This document shows positions 46,991-57,673 of a DNA stretch of 64,000 nt, piece by piece. Each line of letters starts with the position of its first letter. Within the stretch, counting starts at the first letter, position 1. The notes under the pieces are model-generated. The model ran no database searches, was not told the origin of the DNA, and worked only from the letters and a program-made list of their open reading frames with translations. The stretch comes from an uncultured bacterium (GTDB taxonomy: Bacteria; Eisenbacteria; RBG-16-71-46; CAIMUX01): NCBI GenBank assembly GCA_964371055.1, contig CAYJLF010000025.1, positions 10,029 to 74,028 of the forward strand, given 5' to 3'. The position numbers were made by a program, and so were the translations under genes.

Positions 46991-48253
46991 ATGACGAACG
47001 AACGATCCACGCCACCGGCCGCGGCGACCCCGATTCCGGGCGCCGGCGGAGTCGGCACGGACAAGCTGCCGCTGCGGCGGCTCCTCTTCTGGGTCTCCCT
47101 CCTCTACTTCGCGGAGGGATTTCCGTTCGGGATCGTCTACGACCTCCTTCCCGTCTACTTCCGCACCGCCGGCGTCTCGCTGAAAGAGATCGGGCTCCTC
47201 AGTCTCTTGGGACTGCCGTGGAGCCTCAAGGTCTTCTGGTCGCCGCTCATCGACCGCTTCGGCGACCGGCGTCGCTGGATCCAGGGTTGCCTGGCCGGAA
47301 TGACGATCATCCTGCTCCTCCTCCCCTTCTTCCCGCCCAGCTCGATGGGGCTGGCGCTGCGCCTGCTTCTGATCTCCTTCACCGTCCTGTCGGCGACCCA
47401 GGACATCGCCATCGACGCGCAGACTGTCGGGCTCGCTGGAGGAGGACAGGAAGGACCGGTGAACTCCGTGCGGGTCGCCGCCTACCGCGTCGCCCTCATT
47501 GTCGCCGGCGGTGGACTGGTCGCCCTCGCGGGGTTCTTCTCCTGGCCCGTGTTGCTGCGCGTCGCGGGCGTGATCATGGCCCTGCTCGCCCTGGCGGTCC
47601 GCGCTACGCCGCGGGTCGAGATCTCGCCCGAAGCGCGGCGGGCCGTCTTCCGCCCGCTCTGGTGGTGGCTGAAGCGCCGCGGTGCGGTGGCCGTCTTCGC
47701 GTTCATCCTCACCTACAAGGTCGGGGATGCCAGCATGGGTCCGATGGTCAAGCCGTTCTGGCTCGATCGGGGTCTCACGCCGGCCGAGGTCGGACTCATC
47801 TCCACCACCTTCGGCATGCTGGCGAGCGTGGCGGGCGCGCTGGTCGGCGGCGCCTGGATCGCGCGGATCGGGATCTTTCGCGGACTCTGGTTGCTCGGCC
47901 TGCTCCAGGCTCTCTCCAATCTCGGTTATGCCACCGTCGCCTGGGCCGACCTCGGGCGTGGCTACGTCTATGCCGCGTCGGTCTTCGAGAGCTTCACCGC
48001 GGGATTGGGGACCGCCGCCTTCCTCTCCTTCCTGATGCGCGCCTGCGATCCTGCTCATGCCGCGGTCCAGTACGCGCTCCTCTCCGCCATCTTCGGCTTC
48101 TCGCGGTCGATCTCGGGCGCCTTCAGCGGTTGGGCCACCGAGAGGCTCGGCTACGGCGACTACTTCGGCCTCACCTTCCTGTTGGCGTTCCCCGCCTACC
48201 TTCTCCTCCCGTGGGTGCGGGGCTGGACGCGCCGGACGGGGGAGGGGGCTTGA
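46991..48253 (+). CDS. AmpG-family MFS transporter (muropeptide permease-like)
   Basis: There are 12 or more predicted transmembrane helices. The N-terminal AmpG motifs are LFWVSLLYFAEGFPFGIVYDLLPVYFRTAGVSLKEIGLLSLLGLPWSLKVFWSPLIDRFG. Confidence 0.8.
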   Translation: MTNERSTPPAAATPIPGAGGVGTDKLPLRRLLFWVSLLYFAEGFPFGIVYDLLPVYFRTAGVSLKEIGLLSLLGLPWSLKVFWSPLIDRFGDRRRWIQGCLAGMTIILLLLPFFPPSSMGLALRLLLISFTVLSATQDIAIDAQTVGLAGGGQEGPVNSVRVAAYRVALIVAGGGLVALAGFFSWPVLLRVAGVIMALLALAVRATPRVEISPEARRAVFRPLWWWLKRRGAVAVFAFILTYKVGDASMGPMVKPFWLDRGLTPAEVGLISTTFGMLASVAGALVGGAWIARIGIFRGLWLLGLLQALSNLGYATVAWADLGRGYVYAASVFESFTAGLGTAAFLSFLMRACDPAHAAVQYALLSAIFGFSRSISGAFSGWATERLGYGDYFGLTFLLAFPAYLLLPWVRGWTRRTGEGA

Positions 48254-48685
48254 GTTGCCACGAGCGAGGCGGGGTCGGGGCGGAGGGCGCTGGCGCGGCG
48301 GGGCCGTGACCGCGCACTGCAGCGGGGACCGGTGTACCTCGCTGCTCGGGAGGGGACGATCCTCGGGTCCGCGACCGCGAGCGTGCCCCGATGGGAGGAG
48401 GCGAGGCGGGGGAAGTGGACGGACGGTGACGGCGGGAGTAGACTCTTGTCGTGGTTTGACTAAGCTGGCGAGTGCCGGGAACGAACGTGGTGGTGCGGTG
48501 AGGGGTGGGGCTGCCAGAAGACAACGGAGTCGATCGGTCCGGTGTCGTACGAGTGCCGGGCGAGCACTACCGCCGATGTTTCCATACCGTCGTGGCGACC
48601 TGGTCCCAGCGACTGCCGGCCGCCGATCGTGGCGACTGCCTTCGATCGATTCCGCAGGTGAAGAGCTAGACCGGGGGAGGGCAAG

Positions 48686-50713
48686 ATGAGCAAACGCCAC
48701 AATGCGTTCCGTGTAATCGGGCTCTTGGTGCTTCTCTTGGCCGGCCAGGTCGCCGTCGCACTGGCCGGTGGAGTTGTGCGGAGCTGGGGCCAGCAGATCG
48801 TTCCGGAACCAGCTCTCCTCGACAGTCTGGCCGCGGTGGCCGCCGGGCAGACGCACACGCTGGGTCTGCGCGCAGACGGATCCGTCGTCGCGTGGGGCCT
48901 CAACGAGTACGGGCAGTGTAATGTTCCCGAACCCAATCAGGACTTCATTGCGGTGTCCGCGGGCGGTTCGCACAGTCTGGGGCTGAAGAGCGACGGACAC
49001 ATCGTGGCTTGGGGAATCAACCAATATGGCGAGTGCGATGTCCCTGAGCCTAACGAGGGCTTCGTGGGAATCGCTGGAGGCCGTCTTCACTCCCTCGGTC
49101 TCAAGGCGGATGGCCGAGTCATCGGATGGGGCCGTTGCGGATCCGGCCAGTGCACACCTCCCGACCCGAACCAGATCTTCACCACGGTGGCGGCGGGTTC
49201 GCTCCATAGCCTGGGACTGACGATACGGGGATCGATTGTCGCCTGGGGCAGTAACGTCGACGGGCAGTGTGCCGTCCCGGAGCCGAACGAGGGATTCGTC
49301 GCGATCGGGGCGGGCGCCAATCACTCGCTGGCCGTTCGGTCCGATGGCAGCGTGGTCACATGGGGCAGCGGGTGGGGAGGCGCCTTGTTGGTGCCGGAGC
49401 CGAACTCCGGGTTCGTGCGGGTCACGGGGGGCTATGGCTACAGCGCTGGACTGAAGGCGGGCGGACAAGTCGTGACCTGGGGTTCCAACTGGTACGGCCA
49501 GTGCGATGTCCCGGCTCCCAATAGTGGTTTCACCGCTATCTCGTGCGGCTGGCAGCACATGGTTGGTCTGCGGGCGGATCGGGTGCCGATCGCCTGGGGC
49601 AACAACAACCGATCGCAGTGCGGGGTTCCCGCGGCCAACGAGAACTTCGTGGCTGTCGCGGCTGGAGTCGAGCAGAGCCTCGCGCTGACCCTGGATGGCA
49701 CGATCGTGACTTGGGGGGGCGGCGCCGGAGCAGTTCCGGTTCCGGAGCCGAACGCCGGCTTCATCGCGATCGCGGCCGGTGACTACCACAGTCTGGCACT
49801 ACGCGCAGACAGCTCGGTGGTGGCGTGGGGATCGAACAGCCATGGGCAGTGCGACGTGCCTGAACCGAATCGCGGCTTCGTGGCCGTTGACGGTGGGTAT
49901 CACTCCAGCCTCGGCCTGACGGGCGATGGCCGGGTCATTGTCTGGGGATCTCAGGGGTCCGTTCCAGCGCCCAATGCCGATTTCGTGGCGATCGCGGCCG
50001 GTACGGAGTGTGCGATGGCGCTCAAGTCGAGCGGCACGATCGTGGCGTGGGGCTGGAACGAGTATGGCCAATGCGATGTCCCTGAGCCCAACGCGGGTTT
50101 CGTGGGAATCGGCAGCGCGGGTTGGTACAACGTCGGGATCCGATCGGACGGCAGTGTCCTGGTCTGGGGCTGGACGATCTTCGGTGAGGACGACGTTCCG
50201 GAACCGAATGAGGGGTTCCTCGCCGTGTCTTGCGGTCAGGACCATATTCTGGGGCTCAAGGAAGGCGGCATCATCGTTCCATGGGGCCGGAGCCACTGGG
50301 GGCTGAGCACACCGCCGGAGCCGAACTCGGGCTATGTGGCGATCGCGGCGGGCGATACGCACAACCTTGCCGCGCGAGGCGGTGCTGTCAGTGAGGTGCA
50401 ATGGCTGCCGCAGCGCGGCCACATCTCGGCTGACCGGCCGAGCATCGTGTCGATCGCTCCGAACCCCGCAGACCGGTTCGCCTTTTTGCAGGTCAGTTTT
50501 GCGAGCTCCGGGGATACTCGCCTGGAAGTCTTCAACCCGATGGGACGGAGGGTTCGATCGTACATGTTTGGAGAGATGCCCGCCGGGTTGCATCGGTTCG
50601 AGTGCGGGCTTCGCGACCTGCCCGAGAACGACGCCGGGTCCGGCGTGTACTTTCTCCGCCTCAGCGACCGCCGCGGCGCGTCTGCGGGGGTGAAACTCGT
50701 GGTCGTGAGGTGA
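48686..50713 (+). CDS. Secreted RCC1-like beta-propeller repeat protein of about 15 blades with a C-terminal Por/T9SS-type sorting domain
   Basis: An RBS (GGGGGAGGG) and a signal peptide are present. There are about 15 repeats of about 40 aa with the consensus VVAWGxNxYGQCDVPEPNxGFVAIAAGxxHSLGL. The C-terminus is TRLEVFNPMGRRVRSYMFGEMPAGLHRFECGLRDLPENDAGSGVYFLRLSDRRGASAGVKLVVVR. Confidence 0.8.
   Translation: MSKRHNAFRVIGLLVLLLAGQVAVALAGGVVRSWGQQIVPEPALLDSLAAVAAGQTHTLGLRADGSVVAWGLNEYGQCNVPEPNQDFIAVSAGGSHSLGLKSDGHIVAWGINQYGECDVPEPNEGFVGIAGGRLHSLGLKADGRVIGWGRCGSGQCTPPDPNQIFTTVAAGSLHSLGLTIRGSIVAWGSNVDGQCAVPEPNEGFVAIGAGANHSLAVRSDGSVVTWGSGWGGALLVPEPNSGFVRVTGGYGYSAGLKAGGQVVTWGSNWYGQCDVPAPNSGFTAISCGWQHMVGLRADRVPIAWGNNNRSQCGVPAANENFVAVAAGVEQSLALTLDGTIVTWGGGAGAVPVPEPNAGFIAIAAGDYHSLALRADSSVVAWGSNSHGQCDVPEPNRGFVAVDGGYHSSLGLTGDGRVIVWGSQGSVPAPNADFVAIAAGTECAMALKSSGTIVAWGWNEYGQCDVPEPNAGFVGIGSAGWYNVGIRSDGSVLVWGWTIFGEDDVPEPNEGFLAVSCGQDHILGLKEGGIIVPWGRSHWGLSTPPEPNSGYVAIAAGDTHNLAARGGAVSEVQWLPQRGHISADRPSIVSIAPNPADRFAFLQVSFASSGDTRLEVFNPMGRRVRSYMFGEMPAGLHRFECGLRDLPENDAGSGVYFLRLSDRRGASAGVKLVVVR
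48800..50330 (+). repeat. Tandem RCC1-like repeat array of about 114-120 bp units within the 48686 gene
   Basis: Motifs such as tggggc...tacgggcagtg...cccgagccgaac recur at regular intervals in the DNA. The protein repeats are listed under the gene feature. Confidence 0.7.
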
Positions 50714-50877
50714 TCTCGGCGCCGAGCGATCTGCTGAGGTCGTCCTCGACGAACTCGCGCGAGGCCGTAACAACAACGATGCAGAACCCGTCTGACTTCT
50801 CGTTCGTCGTGGTCATAGTCAGCCTCTGACCCCGCCCCCGCCACGGCTGCGCCCGCCGCCGCTCCCCTCCTGTGTCA

Positions 50878-50985
50878 TGAATCGCTACACAATGTCCTGT
50901 ATCGGGACAGACCCCTCTCGGCAGTTTGGGGCAGCAGACCCAGTATCAGCATAACTTCAATTTACACAATAAGATACATGGTCCT
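50878..50985. other. Local AT-rich island (…cagtatcagcataacttcaatttacacaataagatacatgg…) inside an otherwise 70% GC intergenic region. It may be a promoter or UP element for the downstream receiver-like/ferredoxin oxidoreductase genes.
   Basis: The compositional break was seen by eye. It contains TTTACA and TAAGAT hexamers, but they are not at canonical spacing. Confidence 0.2.
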
Positions 50986-51084
50986 CGCCAATCTCCGCGC
51001 CCGGCACGATCGTTGCATTAACCCCACCCAGGTGATCTTCGACGCCGCACGCGACCGATGCGTCGTGGCCGCAGGGAGACCGGA

Positions 51085-51600
51085 ATGGCCCAGGGGTGGC
51101 GGGCGGTGGTGGCCGCGGATGACGGCGAGTTCTGGCTGGCGATCTGCCGCGAGGCAGGTGAGTTTGCCGGTCGGCTTCTGCCGGTCCGCAGCGGACGCGA
51201 CTGTCTCCGGGCGATCGAAGACCCACGAGTTCGACTGGTAGTCCTGGACAGCTCTCTCCGCGACGCGACCGGCGCGCACTTGGTTCACCTTGTGCGTCGT
51301 ATCCGGCCCGATCTCGGGATCGCCGTCACGTTCGACCGGTCGGATCTAGAGCAGGAACGGGAGGCGCGCCAGGCGGGGATCCTCTACTACGGGGATCGTC
51401 GCGGAGTGCGGGAGATCGCCGCCGTTCTGAGGAAGAGCATGACCGCATCGGTTCCGGCTAACGGCGCCGCGGCCGCGGTGGATGGGGCGGATGAGGCGGG
51501 GCGGACGGGCGGGGAGGATGATCGCTCGCCGGCGCCAGGGGGCGTGGGCGAGCGGGCTGCGGCGCCGGTTGACCGGCCGAAGGCGGGGAACCCGGGTTGA
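51085..51600 (+). CDS. Hypothetical protein with a degenerate receiver-like fold
   Basis: An RBS (AGGGAG) is present. The N-terminal region (RAVVAADDGEFWLAICRE ... RLVVLDSSLRDATGAHLVHLVRRIRPDLGIAVTF) looks CheY-like but lacks the conserved Lys. Confidence 0.4.
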   Translation: MAQGWRAVVAADDGEFWLAICREAGEFAGRLLPVRSGRDCLRAIEDPRVRLVVLDSSLRDATGAHLVHLVRRIRPDLGIAVTFDRSDLEQEREARQAGILYYGDRRGVREIAAVLRKSMTASVPANGAAAAVDGADEAGRTGGEDDRSPAPGGVGERAAAPVDRPKAGNPG

Positions 51601-51747
51601 GTTCACGGCGATGGGCTGTGTTGGGTGGGGGGACGCTGGGGCGCAAGATTCAGCGGCCGTGAACTCCAATTGAGGACACGGAATCGGCGACCGGGCGCCC
51701 CGGTCGCCGTCCGGTCGGTCCGTCGGCCCGGCGGGCGAGGAGGAGTC

Positions 51748-52005
51748 ATGGCGGAGATCAAGGAACCGAAAGCCCGGCCGGCCGGGAACGTCGAAGTGCG
51801 CATCGACGAGTGCAAGGGATGCGGCTACTGTGTCGACGCGTGTCCGACGAACGTGCTGGTGCTTTCCCGCCAGTTCAACCGCATGAGCTACAACTACGCC
51901 GAGTATATCGGCGAAGGCTGCACGGGCTGCGGGATCTGCTTCTACGCCTGCCCCGAGCCGGGCGCCATCACCGTGTACAAACTGAAGGCCGGGGCCTCGG
52001 CCTGA
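51748..52005 (+). CDS. 4Fe-4S dicluster ferredoxin, the delta subunit of 2-oxoacid:ferredoxin oxidoreductase
   Basis: Two CxxCxxCxxxCP cluster motifs are present ([12 protein letters not shown] and [12 protein letters not shown]). It is 85 aa, has an RBS (AGGAGT) and lies immediately upstream of the alpha subunit. Confidence 0.85.
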   Translation: MAEIKEPKARPAGNVEVRIDECKGCGYCVDACPTNVLVLSRQFNRMSYNYAEYIGEGCTGCGICFYACPEPGAITVYKLKAGASA

Positions 52006-52019
52006 GGGAGGGCGTGATC

Positions 52020-53070
52020 ATGGCGATGGAACTACTCAAGGGAAACGAAGCGATCGTCAAAGGGGCGATTCTGGCCGGTTGCCGCGCCTACTACGGCTAC
52101 CCGATCACGCCCGCCAGCGAGATCGCCGAGGCGGCCGCCCGGTGGATGCCGAAGGTGGGGGGCGTCTTCCTCCAGGCCGAAAGCGAAATCGGCTCGATCA
52201 ACATGGTCTACGGCGCGGCCGCGGCCGGCGTGCGCTGCATGACCGCTTCCTCCAGCCCCGGCGTCAGCCTCAAACAGGAAGGGCTCTCCTACATCGCGGG
52301 GGCCGAACTGCCGTGCGTTTACGTCAACATCCAGCGGGGCGGACCCGGCCTCGGGAACATCGCGCCCGAGCAGTCCGACTACTTCCAGACGGTCAAGGGT
52401 GGAGGACACGGGAATTACCATGTCATCGCGCTCGCCCCGAACTCCGTGCAGGAGATGTGCGATCTGACCATGCTCGCCTTCGACCTGGCCGACCGCTATC
52501 GGAACCCGGTCTGCATCCTCGGCGACGGTTACATCGGCCAGATGATGGAGCCGTGCCGCTTCCCCAAGCCGGTGACGGAACTGCCCGACAAGCCCTGGGC
52601 CGTCGGGCCGGGGGCGGAGCGGCGGGACAACCTCGTCAGCTCCATCTTCCTCGAGTCGGATGACCTCGAGGCTCACATCCACGATCTCTGGGCCAAGTAC
52701 GCCGAGGTGGAGAAGAACGAAATCCGCTTCGAGGAGTACAAGCTGGACGGCGCCGAGCACGTCGTCATCGGCTACGGCATCGTCTCCCGAATCCTCAAGA
52801 CCGCCGTCGATACCGCGCGTCAGAAGGGGGTCAAAGTCGGGCTCCTTCGCCCCATCTCCCTCTGGCCTTTCCCCACCGCGCGGATCCGCCAGGTGGCCGA
52901 GACCGTGGAGGACATCCTCGTCGTCGAGCTGTCGATGGGACAGATGGTCGAGGATGTGCGTCTGGCGGTCGAGGGGCGCCGACCGGTGAAGTTCTACGGG
53001 CGGGTAGGCGGCAACGTGCCTTCCGCCGACGAGCTGGTGCAGCAGATCCTGCAGCTTCAGGGGGTGACCC

Positions 53071-53078
<8 letters not shown>
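52020..53078 (+). CDS. 2-oxoacid:ferredoxin oxidoreductase alpha subunit (Por/Kor/Vor family)
   Basis: The N-terminus ([35 protein letters not shown]) is typical of PorA/KorA. The protein is 353 aa. Confidence 0.9.
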
Positions 53079-54510
<1,432 letters not shown>

Positions 54511-54521
54511 GGTTCGAAAGC

Positions 54522-54564
54522 CCCTCCGCCGCCCGGCCCTCTGCCGGGATGGGGCGGCGGAGGG
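54522..54564 (+). terminator. Strong GC hairpin 12 nt after the oxidoreductase stop: a 13-bp stem CCCTCCGCCGCCC / GGGCGGCGGAGGG
   Basis: A perfect 13-bp inverted repeat with a 17-nt loop was seen directly. There is no U-tract, which is common in high-GC genomes. Confidence 0.4.
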
Positions 54565-54649
54565 CACGTTGTCCGTGCCGTCGGCACGGTAGACAGGTGG
54601 CATGGCCCGCACGGAGGCGGACCCGGGGTGAGAGGGATGCCGGATGACC

Positions 54650-54687
54650 GACCCGGCTGCCCGATCCGGGTCCGCTCCCGTTTTTTT
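54650..54687 (+). terminator. Hairpin (GACCCGG-N9-CCGGGTC) followed by a T7 run
   Basis: A 7-bp stem is followed 8 nt later by TTTTTTT. This is the only T-run in the region. Confidence 0.3.
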
Positions 54688-54728
54688 GTCCTCTTGCCCC
54701 GCGAGGGCCGCTGCCGGAATCTAACCGG

Positions 54729-56123
54729 GTGCAAACGCAGTTCGACAAGATCCTCATCGTCGAAGACGACGCCGACATGGCCGAGACCTGCCAGCGGCTC
54801 TTCCGCCGGGAAGGGCTGGAGGCCGAGGCGGTCTATGACGGCGTGACCGCGCTCGAGCGGCTCCGCCAGGATCCCGGTTTCGGCATCGTCCTGACGGACC
54901 TGCGCATGCCGGAGATGGACGGCACCGAGCTTCTGCGGCAGGCCAAGGAGATCCGCCCCGAGATCGACGTGATCATCATGACCGGCTACGGCACGATCCA
55001 GAATGCGATCCAGGCGATGAAGATCGGCGCCTCCGACTACATCACAAAGCCGTTCGACCGCGAGGAGCTCCTCCTGGCGGTCAACCAGATCCTCGAGCAG
55101 AAGCGCCTCCGCCGTGAGGTCCTCCGCCTGCGGGAGGAGCTCAAGACCACCTACGACTTCCCCAACATCGTCGGGCGCAGCCCGGCGATGCAGCGCGTCT
55201 TCGCGCGGATGCGGGCGGCCGCCGCCCACGACAGCTCCGTCTTGATCGTCGGCGAGACCGGCACCGGCAAGGAGGTCGTGGCCCGCGCCATCCACTACCA
55301 GAGCGCGCGGTCGGAACAGCCCTTCGTGCCGGTCAACTGCGCGGCGATCCCGCGCGATCTCTTCGAGAGCGAGCTCTTCGGTCATCGCAAGGGGGCGTTC
55401 ACCGGCGCCAGTCGCGACACGCTGGGTCTGGTGCGGGCGGCCGATCGCGGCACGCTCTTTCTGGACGAGATCGCGGAGATGCCGCCGGAGATGCAGGCGC
55501 GGCTCCTCCGCGTGCTGCAGGAGCGGATGGTGCGCGCGGTCGGGGCCGTGAACGAAATCCCGGTCGACGTCCGCTTCCTCGCCGCCACCATCTACCGCGG
55601 CGACCAGGCGATCCGCGAGGGGCGCCTGCGGCAGGATCTCTACTACCGGATCGGCGTCATGACGATCGAGCTCCCCCCGCTGCGCGACCGGACCGAGGAC
55701 ATCCCCTTCCTCGTGCAGCACTTTCTCGATCGCGGCAACAAGATCTTCCCGAACAAGATCGACGCGGTCGACCCGCGCGTGCTCGACCACTTCTCGGCCT
55801 ACGGCTGGCCGGGAAACGTGCGCGAGCTGAGCAACGTGATCGAGGGGCTCTTCGCGCTCGGCACGCAGGGGCGCATCCAATCGGAAGACTTGCCGGAGCA
55901 GTACCGCGGAGTCGCCGTGCGCACGGGCGATCCCGCCGCAGCCGCCGGAACGGGGGCGCTGGCGGACGCGGAGCGGGTCGCAGTGGAGCAGGCGCTGCGG
56001 GCCGCGCGGGGAAACAAGTCGCGCGCGGCCAGCATCCTCGGCATCTCCCGCACCCGGTTGTACAACAAGCTGCGGCAGTACGGACTCAGCGATTCCGGCG
56101 AGGACATCGCGGGGGACCGGTGA
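54729..56123 (+). CDS. Sigma-54-dependent response regulator (NtrC family: REC, AAA+ and Fis-type HTH), GTG start
   Basis: The receiver is canonical (GIVLTDLRMPEMDG, IIMTGYG, DYITKPF). The AAA+ domain has Walker A (GETGTGKE) and the GAFTGA motif. The C-terminal HTH is SRAASILGISRTRLYNKLRQYG. Confidence 0.9.
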   Translation: MQTQFDKILIVEDDADMAETCQRLFRREGLEAEAVYDGVTALERLRQDPGFGIVLTDLRMPEMDGTELLRQAKEIRPEIDVIIMTGYGTIQNAIQAMKIGASDYITKPFDREELLLAVNQILEQKRLRREVLRLREELKTTYDFPNIVGRSPAMQRVFARMRAAAAHDSSVLIVGETGTGKEVVARAIHYQSARSEQPFVPVNCAAIPRDLFESELFGHRKGAFTGASRDTLGLVRAADRGTLFLDEIAEMPPEMQARLLRVLQERMVRAVGAVNEIPVDVRFLAATIYRGDQAIREGRLRQDLYYRIGVMTIELPPLRDRTEDIPFLVQHFLDRGNKIFPNKIDAVDPRVLDHFSAYGWPGNVRELSNVIEGLFALGTQGRIQSEDLPEQYRGVAVRTGDPAAAAGTGALADAERVAVEQALRAARGNKSRAASILGISRTRLYNKLRQYGLSDSGEDIAGDR

Positions 56124-57673
56124 GTCCCCGCCGGCGGCCGCGTTCGATCCACTGGCATGCCGTCCGGGCGGCGGCCGTCGTCGTCGCGGTCCTCACCGCC
56201 GGCGCGGCGGTCATCCTCCGCCTGCTCCTCTCCTCGCCCACCGGACTGACCGCGACGCGAGCGGTCTTCGTGCTCGGCCTCCTCGTGGCCGTCACCGCCC
56301 TCGTCCTGACCCTCCTCTATCGACACACGCAGCGCCGGCTGATCGACGAACTCGACGCGCTCGTGCGGCTCGTCGAACGATCCGATCCCGACGTGGCGGT
56401 CTCCGGCCCGGCGCCGGATTTCGAGGTCGAGGAGTTCGCGCGCCTCCACCGCGCCTTCATCGCCTTCTTCGCCCGTTTCACCGCCAGCCGCGCGCGGCAG
56501 GAGCAGGCGGAGGAGACCCTCGGCTACGTCCTCCGCCATGCGGCCGACGCCATCGTGGTGCTCGATCGCGAGGGGCGGATCCTGTCGTGGAATCGAGGGG
56601 CCGAGGAGACCTTCGGCTTCACCGCCGAGGAGATGGAAGGAGCGCGCTACGAGCGTCTCGCCCCGGGCGGCGAGCTCGAGCCGGAGCTGCAGGCCCCGCT
56701 CGCGCCGGGTGAACGGGTGCCCGACCTGCGGACCCAGCGTTGCCGCCGTGACGGAGAGGTGATCGACGTCTCGCTCACCCGGTCGCGGGTGCCGCTCCCC
56801 GCCGGGGGGGAGGATCGCTTCGTCGAGATCCTGCGCGACATCAGCGCCACGCGCCGGCTGGAGGAGGATCTGCTGCGCAGCGAGAAGATGGCGGCGGTGG
56901 GGAAGATCTCCTCCAAGGTGGTGCACGAGATCCGCAATCCCCTCGCCTCGATCAACCTGAACGTCGATCTCCTGCTGGAGTCCTACGCCGCCGCCCCCGC
57001 GGTCGCCGACCCCGAAGCCCGCGATATCCTCGGCACGATCAAGCGCGAGGTGCGCCGTCTGAGCCAGATCACCGAGGAGTACCTGCAGTTCTCCCGGCTG
57101 CCGCGCGCCGCGTTTCAGCAGGAGCGGGTCAACGATCTCCTGGTCGAGCTGTCAGACTTCGTCCGTCCCCTCATCAGCCGCAAAGGGGTGCGTCTCACGC
57201 TGAACCTGGACGAGGACGATCCCGAGGCCGTGTGTGACGCCACGCTGCTGCGCCAGGCGCTCCTCAATCTTCTACGCAACGCCGTCGATGCGGTCGAGGA
57301 GGGGCAGGGCGAGATCCAGATGTCGACCCGCCTGGTCCGAGAGCCCGGGTTGAGCCCGCCCATCGGATCGACCGCGGATGCGCCGGTGGCGCCGGTCGCC
57401 GAGGTCGAGATCTCGGTCGAAGACAACGGCTGCGGCATCGCCGAGGAGATCCTCGAGCAGATCTACGACCCCTTCTTCACGACGAAGAAAGATGGCACCG
57501 GCCTCGGCCTCGCTTTGGTGCAGCGGGCGGTCTCGGAGCACAGCGGACGAATCCGCTGCGTCTCGCTGATCGGCAAGGGGACGATCTTCAGAGTCGCGAT
57601 CCCGTGCGTTCCGCCGATCGTCCCGGAGGCTGCGCCGGACTCTGAGCCGGAGGCAGCGCGCCCCACGGAGTGA
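56120..57673 (+). CDS. Membrane sensor histidine kinase with a PAS domain, the cognate partner of the upstream regulator
   Basis: There are two N-terminal transmembrane helices and a PAS domain (DAIVVLDREGRILSWNRGAEETFGFTAEEM). The H-box is VVHEIRNPLASINLNV and the HATPase motifs are NGCGIAEEILEQIYDPFFTTKKDGTGLGL. The start overlaps the regulator stop. Confidence 0.85.
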   Translation: MSPRRRPRSIHWHAVRAAAVVVAVLTAGAAVILRLLLSSPTGLTATRAVFVLGLLVAVTALVLTLLYRHTQRRLIDELDALVRLVERSDPDVAVSGPAPDFEVEEFARLHRAFIAFFARFTASRARQEQAEETLGYVLRHAADAIVVLDREGRILSWNRGAEETFGFTAEEMEGARYERLAPGGELEPELQAPLAPGERVPDLRTQRCRRDGEVIDVSLTRSRVPLPAGGEDRFVEILRDISATRRLEEDLLRSEKMAAVGKISSKVVHEIRNPLASINLNVDLLLESYAAAPAVADPEARDILGTIKREVRRLSQITEEYLQFSRLPRAAFQQERVNDLLVELSDFVRPLISRKGVRLTLNLDEDDPEAVCDATLLRQALLNLLRNAVDAVEEGQGEIQMSTRLVREPGLSPPIGSTADAPVAPVAEVEISVEDNGCGIAEEILEQIYDPFFTTKKDGTGLGLALVQRAVSEHSGRIRCVSLIGKGTIFRVAIPCVPPIVPEAAPDSEPEAARPTE

